From Antedon mediterranea (taxonomy: Eukaryota > Animalia > Echinodermata): a stretch of 64,000 bases of DNA. Each line of letters starts with the position of its first letter. The stretch's first letter is position 1. A model generated the notes under the pieces. It worked only from the letters and a program-made list of their open reading frames with translations, made no database searches and had not been told where the DNA came from. Positions 54,301 to 64,000 of the stretch are shown in pieces. The stretch lies in contig NC_092675.1 in the NCBI RefSeq assembly GCF_964355755.1, positions 25,020,912-25,084,911 of the forward strand, in the 5' to 3' direction. Made by a program: the position numbers and the translations under genes.

Positions 54301-57300
54301 CGTGAGTTATGGTTAGGATTGATTCAGTTTTAAACCCTGGACAATGGGATTGGAAGGCAAGCATAATAATCACAAGTTACAACGCTATTACAGATCTATT
54401 ACCAATGATAAGTGTATCACATCTTGTGCTAAACAGGTAAAATAGACGTGAATACTGAAGTAGGCACTGAGTTGTTGAAAATCCAAGCTCAAGATCCGGA
54501 TGATGGTGACGAAGAACTATCATACACACTATATCCATTAAACGAGAATGAAAATATTGACTATTTTACACTTGAAAGTGGTAGATTGATTCTTAAAAAA
54601 AGTCTGCCATCAGACTCAAAGGTAAGTAAACATTAAAAAATAACACTAAATGTTTATTGCCCACTCTATGATGACATTTAAACTATAATATAGTGATTCT
54701 CGGCGATAAAGCGGGTAAGAATATAGGGTCAGTGTACATCGTGCTACAAATGCTAAAACGAGATGAAAACCCGTCAGCATGACGTAAAAATACGAAATGT
54801 GCACTTTATCTTTAAAATAGGCCCAAAACCTTGACAAAGAATGATATTTCTATTTGCCTAAATTAACATAAATTTCTATGCAAATTTATTTATTTGTATA
54901 TGAATAATAGACACAGAAACCGTGGCATTTACATTATATAGTTTCTATATAATCTGTTTGATGTTCTTTTCTTTGAAAAGTACAGTATACAAAACTGAAC
55001 TAAATCGACTTACTACTCAAAATTTGCCATATGAAATATGTGTATTCAGGATCCTGACCTGTTAACCTTTAACATTCTCTATTGTAGAAAAACAAATGGA
55101 CACTTACAGGGCGTGCTACGGATTCAGTCAATCAGTATGATACTACGCGGATCGTAATTAGTATAGTATCACAAACAGCAGACCCGCTGCCTACGTGGCG
55201 CATATATCCACCCATAAAGAAGAGCATATTAGAAAATCGAAATCAGAATGAGTATGTGTTTACAGTGAAAGCCGATGGTAAAGTTACATATATGATAGAT
55301 GAACAGTCACTACATACCTTCTCAATCGACACGAATGGGACTGTTAGAGTAAATCAAGCACTGGACTGTGAATCAGTCAACACGTAAGAATAACAATAAA
55401 GTAGGCCTAGTTATAAGCCGAAAAGGAAGTTCAAAAACATTTCCTATACAATATATAATGCTATTTTTTACCGCGTAATTGTAATTACAATAATAATAAT
55501 AATAATGTTCTTTTCGGTAAAAACAATACATTCAATGAATTAGACAACTAATTGTATTTCATTGAATGACCTACTAATGTAAACACGTGTGTTTTTTTTA
55601 TATTTTGTTTCGGCCAGGTATCAATTAACGATAGGAGCCTGTGATTTAACAGAGGAACATTGCCTATATGCGACAGTCAACATTAGTGTACTAGATGTAA
55701 ATGAAGCGCCTCGTTTCTTCCTGCCCGGTAGCTTATCAGCAAATATTGTCGAAAGACCCGAAACGAAAGAAGACGTATTAAAACTACAAGCGTATGATTA
55801 CGACAGTCAAAATATAGTAATAATATATAGTCATACTATAATGAATGCTTTCTAAAACATTGTGCTTCAAAATATTTCAACTCCAATGGATTGAGATGCC
55901 ATCTTTGATTTTTTAAATATCTAAATTTTCATAGAAGAAAACCACCCGGTGACACTTTATGCTGAAAATTAATCAATTAACGGTATTTATATATATATAT
56001 GAATCCAAAGGCAAATTACTGAAAAAAAATGACAATGCTGTGGTTATCAGTGGCTAGATCTCAATAGAGATACAAAAAAAAGCGAAAAGCTAAATCAAAA
56101 TGACAAAGTAAATCAGCCAGAAGAGCTATAGGTCTATATATACTCTCATTCATTCATCTTTTATTTCGAAAAAAATTCTCCATAGCTCAGTAACAAATTA
56201 GTGTACATTATTATAAATATAACAAATATATATATATATATATATAGATATATAAGAAAAAACCTACGCCACATAGTTACGTGGTTAGAATAATAGCTTC
56301 ATCCATCTACCATGTAGATTGGATGAAGGAAAAGCAAATTCATAAATACATTTTGTGACAATATTGTCTGTCCTCCCTAACCTGCACAACATGCCAAACA
56401 CCATCTTATTGAAGGTTCCAAGTTTGGATCTCGCTTGGGTCGGATTTTTCTAATTCTCATAGATTTCCTTATCTTTATCGTTTCACAATATATTAATTGC
56501 CAGTATACCATCGGGCAGTTTAACCATGGACCTATAAATTAGATAGGTCCATGGTTTAACGTTCCTAATATTCAATGTTGAATATCGTAATATAGGATAT
56601 TAAATAAAACTAAAACAATACAATAATTGTCAGTCAGTGAAACATAACTAACTTCATTACTATTGATGTAGGTGGGTTACTCAGGCAGATGTGAAGTAGG
56701 AAATAATGACTGTGACTTTTTTAAAATCTCTAAGAATCTTAAAACAATCAAAGGTGCCGAATACGATAGAGAATCAAAAGCCTCGTATCATTTTTCGATT
56801 AATGCAGACGACAGCAGACCTCCAGAATTAGAAGGTTTGTCACAGTAATAATTATGATAACGATATTAATGATGATTATTTTTTTAAGTTATAAATGTAA
56901 TGTTTTAGTTGTGATCAATTGATGATGTATTTTTGTATTTATGATTTTTTATATTTATAATTAATTGTTTGAGAGCTTGTCAACGAAACGAATTTCTTTT
57001 TGGACCAATAAATTTCTGTATTCTGTATTCTGCATAAATAAAACTTTATTCTTTTCTTTTGTTCTAGATAACAGAACATTTACTGTAAATGTCCTTGATC
57101 TAAATGACAATTTCCCCGAATTTGAAAAAGATAGTTACAATGTTGTACTAAAAGAAGATACAATGGTTAACACAGTCGTGCTTACAGTTAGTGCAACTGA
57201 TGCTGACACTGGTATGTATACTATGGTCTAAATCAATCTATCTAGAGTTTATTTATTAAACAGAATACAACGATGAGTTTCGAAATTTCTATTAACAAAC

Positions 57301-60300
57301 AATTGAAAACTGAGATGTTAAATTTACCTTCATTATTCTGAAGAAGCTGTTCGTGTGAAAAACGAAAACGGGATGGCAACTTTTACCATATAAGTTCCCA
57401 ATTACGTTGTTAATAGGGAGGTTTCGGAATCTTACGAATACGATAATGAAAACGGATACGTCATACATTTGTGAAACTTTTGAGCTGATCCCCATTTCAT
57501 ATTCGTAAAGCGTATTCGTGTTAACGAATATCACCAGTCATATTCGTAACTACAAAACGAGTATAGTTTTTGATCTATTTGCACATTTTGCATTTTAATC
57601 AGGAATGATTCATGATTATAATATAATTATAGATTTATTGAAAGTAATTTACTAAAGTAATTTACTAAAATGCCAATTCAATTTTGATAAATAGCAGTTT
57701 TTAAAGTCCTCACTCGCTTTGATGTTACGCTAGGCCTAGGCAGCCAAGCACCAAGCAACACGTACCTGCGCTTCGCTCAAATTTACCGCAGTCAAATTTT
57801 GGACGCGCCTCAATATTTCGTTGCCATGCGAAACAGATTTTTTTATGGCTTACGAAAACGAATACGTGTCCGTTTTCGTTATCGTATTCGTAAGATTGCG
57901 AAACCTCTCTAATTTGCAACTCATTTCCATTTGTAGTAAAATTCATTTACTGTCATGATGTTAAATTTACCAAACGTTTTGATAGACGTTTTACTGTATT
58001 TTAGCAGTTCTTGAAATTAATTGTTAGTTTTTTTCATATCTAGAAAGCATTTATTTTATTATAAATACACACCATAAATACACACACAAATAAATAAACA
58101 CCATGCTCGAATAAACGCTACCTTAAAACACTCCTGAGTTTATTCAAATGTCTCGATTGGTTCGCCTGTATCGCACTATAGTATACATATTTATGAAACT
58201 TTTAATTTTACTCTATTTTACTTTACTCTACTTACTTTACTATTATGTACTTTATTATTTTTATAAACTTAGATAAAGTGGAGCATCTACTTTTATATGG
58301 AAATACAAATAGAGTTATTGACAGTCAGATTCATACATTATACAAGCATGACACATTTAAAGTTGACTCTGCCACAGGAGAAATAATCCTATCAAAAAGA
58401 CTAGACTTTGAAAGTATCCAATTGTATCAATTGACGTACGCTGCCACTGATGGTGTTCACAATACAACTACAACTTTGCGTATTGAAGTTACTGATGTAA
58501 ACGATGAAGCTCCAAGATTTTCTCAACCACGATACGAAGTCTCGATCAGTGAGGGCACAGTTTATACACAAGAAACTACATTATTGACTGTAAGATTAAT
58601 TTTTTAGTTAGGATCTAATTTTTAATTGTTATTCTAAGTTTTCCTAAGTTACATTTCTTTCTTTAATATAGTTGGTGAAATTGTATTAAGTTATCTGTAT
58701 TTCCTCTTTTTTTACAAACTTTCCGTTTAGATTCTTGCAACAGAGGATGTCGACCCGTTTGGCAGCATTTGGTACTCTCTCTACGGCGTACGCGACGGGG
58801 CGTTCACCATAGACCGGCTAACCGGTGACTTAAATATTACAAGGCAGTTGGACCGTGAACTAAGAACTGATTATACCTTTCTGGTAATTGCGACTGATGG
58901 TAATGGTGAAGGCTTATCGTCTGCAACAGAGGTTACTATACGCGTTAAGGATATCAATGACAATATACCGTTGTTTTTAAGTCCTCAGTATATTGGTAAC
59001 ATCGATGAGGACCTTCCAGTAGGTAAGTTTTAACATAATTTTTAAAACAAAAATTCTAACCATCACTTTAAATACTGGAATCGGATGAATTATTATTTAT
59101 GTGAACCTTTAGTATGAAGCCTACGTTTTTACTTTAGTATTTTTAATTTGTTTCTAAAGGAACGTTTGTGACGAGGATATCTGCTACAGATGCCGACACT
59201 GGTGGTTATGCAGATATTGCATATTCTCTTTCACCATCGTCTTCTAACTCTAGAGTCGTGAATAATGATATTGGTGGTCTGTTCAAAGTGGCTCCATCTG
59301 GTGACATCACTACACTAAGCGTATTTGATAGAGAAGAACAAAACACATATTTTCTTGAAGTACTGGCTACAGATACGGACTCAAATGCTGCAGGTCAGTG
59401 TGAATCATGCTTTTATTATTTACATCAAGACACTCGACGATGTTGATCTCACGATGTAACACTTAATCAGTAAATACTTTGTTAATTTCCTGTGTTTTAG
59501 ATATTCAATTCTAATACTATAGAATGAGGAACATCTCTTTGACATTGGTAATCAATACTCTATTGTTTCACATTTAAGCAACCTGTACAGTGACAATTAG
59601 TATCATGGACATAAATGACAACCAACCTACATTTCAAGACGTATCTAAAGCTAAGATACCAGAAGGAGTAGACATTGGATATAGCGTTGCTACCATTTAC
59701 GCTCAAGACATGGACATTGGTGAAAACGCTGAGATTTCATTTTCCCTCATAGGTGATGAGTCTTCGACATTTCTACTAGACGTAAATCCTGTTAATAAAC
59801 AAAATGCAGTTATTCGAGTGAATAAGGTAAAGGAAACAAAATTGAAATATGTATAGGCTACTGTCAAATTATTTAAACATTGCTCATATTCGGAACATGA
59901 TCTCATAATCGCGTCGAGCATAGTTCATCGGCGAAAGTTTTGTATTTTTAGTTGTATGAAAACATTTTCTGGCGGGATTCGAACCTGCAATCTCTTGCTT
60001 ACAGGGTGAGTATCATACCACTAGACCACAGAGACATATGTTTTATGGTATAGTTTTATCAATCACGACGGGATTGATGATGCATCGTGCCGTGATTGAT
60101 CAAATTACCTACGTTATGCTTACGTTCTTAAAGCGTGGTTCCCACTAGCGACGCAACGCAAGGACGTAACGCAACGCAGATGAATTGACCAATCACAAGC
60201 GATGGCTTATTCGCTTGTGATTGCTAACTGTCTGTAACTTCGCTTGTCATTGGTTAAAACGCTTGCGTTGCGTTTACGTCCTTGCGTTACGTCCTAGTGG

Positions 60301-63300
60301 AAACCAATCTTATATTATTTTACGAACGAAAGACTGTAACGCACGACTCAATGGTGATACGAACATATATATATGTATAGCTTTACGATTGAAGAGAGGT
60401 GCTACATTGTATACATTTCATCTAATAAATATATTTTCAATTGTATGTACTGAAATAATATATAAATCAATATGATTGAGAAGTTAGTATTTTTCATTAT
60501 TTGGTACGTACAGATTCTTCATTATCAAGACAAGAATACTTACAGCATAGCATTCAATGCCTCCCAAGCCAAATTCAGCCGGAGATTCAACGTCACCGTT
60601 GATGTTGAAGATGTTAATGATTACGCTCCGAGATTTACCAAAAATAGCTGGAATGTGTCTGTTTTGGAGAATGTTATAATTGGGACAAATCTTGTGGCAG
60701 TCACGGCAACAGATCAAGACCCAGGATTTAATGGTGTTATCCGGTAAGTGCGGTATTTGGGTATTTTTATAAATTGAAAGCACAAATTAGGATTGGGAAT
60801 AATCTATGATATATTCCTTATCTTTTGGGTTGTTTTTTTTTTTGCGTTTAGTGCATCATTATTTATGGTTGTTTCTTTTTGTTAAAAAACAAGATACTAT
60901 TATATACTAGTAAAAGTAAATTTAAGTCAAAATTAAATTACCAGTATACTTTTTGTCTTTTCATTGATTACATTAATTTATAAGAATTGCTCTTACTTTC
61001 TCACAATCTTCACACAACAACTCTGTCTAGTATTATAGGTGAATTCATCTTACACACATCCCCGTATACTACTCATTAATGTGGAAATAATTATCCATCG
61101 TGTTTTATTTTTCGTACAGATACTCCATCACTGGATCTGATAAACTCTTTGATATCGATAGTGTAAATGGAAGTATCTATGTAAAAGGAGGACTTGATAG
61201 GGAGAAAGAAGATAGTCATACCATTATTGTAGTTGCCCAAGACCAAGGTAAATGTTTTAATACGTGACAGCAGAAATGACGACATGTACCCCCATAATCA
61301 CAACATTGTGGTGATTGATTAAAACATTACATAATTTTGCAGTATTTGTGATAGTAATATCGTAGGCAATTTTGTGTGGTTTCATGTCTACCCACAATTA
61401 TGCAGCTCGCAGTATCGTGTCTGCAGATGGAAACATACCAAAGACGATAATATATAGTGTCAGAACAGTATCTTACTTGATTAAGGTTGCTGTTAGAAGA
61501 TTCGATACTGCATGTTGTGAATTGTCGCAGGCATACTGTTTTGTATCGGGTCGTTATATCTGGTGAGTATTGAAGTGAAGTGTTGGTGGAGGATGAAATA
61601 TGTATGATTTGTAACGAGAATATTTTTAAACATTAGTTGAATAATATTATTCTAATTGATAGGTTCACCATCATCATCCACATCCACTGCTGTACATATC
61701 AAAGTCTTAGACGTCAATGACAATGGCCCTTTGATCCGCATGGAACACGACCCCGTTGTGTTGGACACGGTAGTTCCTCCTTACCAAGTTGTTCTAATTA
61801 AAGCTATGGACATAGACGAGGTTCAAAATCAAGGTCCATTCTCGTTTGAGTTAATTTGCTCGGATGATCCAGATATATGCAGTTACTTCGCCCTCATAGA
61901 TCAAAATGGTATATATTTTTTTAATCTATTGTTGCTTATATAGTCTGTCAAAGTCTGTCAAGTATATGTATATACTTCAGGTAGGAATAATGTTTCTAAA
62001 CAGTTTTATTACTTCTGTTTAGGTACTACGTCTATTAGGTACTACGTCTATTAGGTACTACGTCTATTAGGTACTACGTCTATTAGGTACTACGTCTATT
62101 AGGTACTACGTCTATTAGGTACTACGTCTATTAGGTACTACGTCTATTAGGTACTACGTCTATTAGGTACTACGTCTATTAGGTACTACGTCTACTACGT
62201 CTACGTCTATTCATCAGACTACTGCAAGACCATATTTAAAAGTTATCTAACTCCATAACATTCATTCATCATTTTTATTTTTTAGATAATACATCTATTC
62301 TTCAGATTAAGGCAAAACTAGATTCTAAAGTTAGGAATAAATATATAATCAGAGTTCGTATACAAGACAGCGGAAAGCCACCTCAATCTTCAAACAATAC
62401 GGTGACAGTTATTGTAAAATCCTCTGGTGAGTCTATTTTATATGTATTATCTTTTGTAATTGTTGGTTTATTTAATACACCCATGTTGTACTTTTAATGT
62501 TTATATTGTTCTACTGTAGGTTCTGATAGTGATATTTTATTCATAATCATTGGAACCTGTGCTGGCGTGTTTTTACTTTTAATTGGATGCTGCTGCTGTG
62601 TATGTTGTTGTAAACGTCGAAATCGGTAAATAAAAATTATTATTATTATGAAAATGTAGTGTTAGTTTCATACTAATCAATTGTATATCTACCAGTATTA
62701 GCCTATGAATGCTAAATTACCTTAGTAGGCCTATCTGACATTTTATGATGTTCGCCTATATCCTTGTAGTTTGTATGAACATAGTATAATAGGCCTATTA
62801 TTTATCATTAGCATAATGTAATAAAGAGTATAAAAATGTTGATGACGTAATTGTACTTACTAATACACCTGTCGACCATCATCGCAAACTCGGTCTAGAC
62901 GCCATGTTAGTGATTGGAGGTCGTGGATTCGAGTGCAATCACGTCAGAGTAGGAAATCTTCTGTCCGGAATTAACCAAGCTAATTTGAAGCAGTTATCAA
63001 ATCTCAATAATTTTAATATTTATGTATATTTGTTCTCTTCACTCTGAATTTATATTATTACTAATGAGTAAATACATTTTTTATATTAAAAAGTTGTTCT
63101 TTAAGGAAATCGTATGACGTAGCAGGTTATACACAGACATACCAATCATTCACACTTGGTCTTAGTGGAGGTAGGCTGTTTGTAATTTAAAAATTGAATT
63201 TTCAATATTCTTCTTCTACATATTGTGTTTAGTTTTATTTATTTCATTTTATTTATGTTATGTCTTTAGGCAATGTGGCCAAGGATTACCAATACTGAAT

Positions 63301-64000
63301 TAATCACTGTCCTATCAGATAGGTGGTAATCCCCCTAATACAGGGACTATTTTGTGAACCAGTTCACCGGGGTAACCCCCTAAAAAGCTTTAAGCTTGGT
63401 GCCCACTAGGACGCAACGCAAGGACGTAAGTGAGTTGACCAATCACAGGCGATAGGTTATTCGAACTGTCGCGTGGCATTGGTCAATACGCTTGCGTTGC
63501 GTTTACGTCCTTGCGTTGCGTTTACGTCCTTGCGTTGCGCCCTAGTGGAAACCAAGCTTTATGAAGAACCAATAATATGATATTCATATGCGTGTCTAAA
63601 CCTAGTTTGTATTTCGTTTTCGTTAGGTATGATGAGAGTTGGTGGTGGTTCAAACGGTGGTGTGGACGCTCATCGTCGTAAGTTAGCCAGGCGCTCGCTT
63701 ACCGAAAGTGATCATGGCGATCACGGCCAACACAGCTTCGGGATGGAGTTAAATAGTTTATGTCTATCGAACGATAAGCTCACCACACTGTGTGAAGAAA
63801 ATGAAAAAATTGACAGAGAATTTTATCACTCTGACAGTTCTTTAGATTTAGTTTCCACCGTGTCTTTCTCAGTAGAAGCGAAAACATCGAATTGGGTTAA
63901 AGAAAGTAGAGCAAGAACTCTACGTCCAAAAGAAGATATGCATGAGTATAATCATGTCCCACCTACCTTTACCTTTCGCACAAAACATAGAACATTCACC
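48308..64000 (+). CDS. Large single-pass cadherin (~15 EC repeats, DN-cadherin/type-III-like ectodomain); more than 1790 aa, 3' end beyond the window
   Basis: Exons: 48308-48668, 48944-49132, 50467-50704, 50956-51160, 51367-51478, 51828-52214, 52642-52889, 53654-53933, 54437-54621, 55088-55383, 55618-55816, 56672-56834, 57068-57211, 58273-58589, 58731-59022, 59160-59393, 59579-59826, 60514-60743, 61120-61247, 61663-61908, 62286-62426, 62520-62625 (TM), 63106-63170, 63627 to past 64000. All are GT-AG and phase-consistent. Signal peptide MHYWILYFVFLLLFHELLLKCNC; repeated LDRE/LDYE, AxD and DxNDNxP calcium-binding motifs; TM ILFIIIGTCAGVFLLLIGCCCCVCCC followed by KRRNR. Confidence 0.93.
54094..54286. 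mobile_element. PIF/Harbinger-like MITE with TTA target site duplication, family B
   Basis: TTA|AGGCCAACTCAGACAGCGTCGTACGAC...GTCGTACGACACTGTCTTAGTTGGCCT|TTA. Confidence 0.8.
56518..56560. repeat. 29-bp palindrome flanked by a 7-bp direct repeat (micro-MITE or footprint)
   Basis: GTTTAAC|CATGGACCTAT aaattag ATAGGTCCATG|GTTTAAC. Confidence 0.7.
57415..57910. mobile_element. MITE with ~45-bp terminal inverted repeats (possibly ISL2EU/Harbinger group)
   Basis: AGGGAGGTTTCGGAATCTTACGAATACGATAATGAAAACGGA...TCCGTTTTCGTTATCGTATTCGTAAGATTGCGAAACCTCTCT. Superfamily tentative. Confidence 0.8.
59965..60035 (-). mobile_element. tRNA-derived SINE head or tRNA pseudogene
   Basis: Minus strand GTCTCTGTGGTCTAGTGG (A box)...GGTTCGAATCCC (B box) at tRNA spacing. 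The acceptor and anticodon stems pair poorly, so it is not called a functional tRNA. Confidence 0.6.
60132..60310. mobile_element. PIF/Harbinger-like MITE, family A
   Basis: AGCGTGGTTCCCACTAG...CTAGTGGAAACCAATCT; reverse complement of the 17919 copy. Confidence 0.85.
62020..62210 (+). repeat. 16-bp minisatellite, ~11 copies (TAGGTACTACGTCTAT)
   Basis: Directly visible perfect tandem array in a cadherin intron, decaying at its 3' end. Confidence 0.95.
63245..63347 (-). repeat. Dispersed ~100-bp repeat, copy 2
   Basis: Reverse complement of 40008-40108. Confidence 0.85.
63393..63558. mobile_element. PIF/Harbinger-like MITE, family A
   Basis: AGCTTGGTGCCCACTAGGACGCAACGCAAGGACG...CGTCCTTGCGTTGCGCCCTAGTGGAAACCAAGCT. 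Confidence 0.85.

Noticed and set aside
59965-60035. Functional tRNA gene
   Set aside because: A and B boxes are present but the cloverleaf stems are broken; treated as a SINE head or pseudogene.
48308-64000. Assigning a specific symbol (CadN, FAT, DCHS, PCDH) to the cadherin
   Set aside because: The architecture matches none of these exactly and the C-terminus lies outside the window.

Overview
AT-rich, intron-containing animal genomic DNA. It is most likely a marine invertebrate; an echinoderm is plausible but this is inference. The ORF track fragments the genes, so I rebuilt the exon chains by hand from GT-AG junctions and phase continuity. Four protein-coding genes are supported. (1) The first three exons of an ADAMTS-type metalloprotease (minus, 2139-3849), which continues off the left edge. 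(2) A 21-exon, ~913-aa ADAMTS2/3/14-like protease (minus, 20377-36945), a tandem paralog of gene 1, with a variant zinc motif HEIGHLLDMEHD. (3) A compact ELOVL fatty-acid elongase with two coding exons (minus, 44199-44976). (4) A cadherin with at least 24 coding exons (plus, 48308 to past 64000), head-to-head with the elongase. It has about 15 DN-cadherin/type-III-like repeats joined directly to a transmembrane helix and a Cys cluster, with no NCD/EGF/LamG block. Non-coding DNA carries several MITE families (Harbinger-, Kolobok-, pogo- and Helentron-like), LINE 3' fragments, a tRNA-derived SINE head, minisatellites, hairpins and a strongly enriched TAGGCCTA palindrome. There are no CRISPR arrays, rRNA genes or prokaryotic features. 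The sequence alone does not prove a new system; the best leads are the cadherin architecture and the divergent ADAMTS pair.
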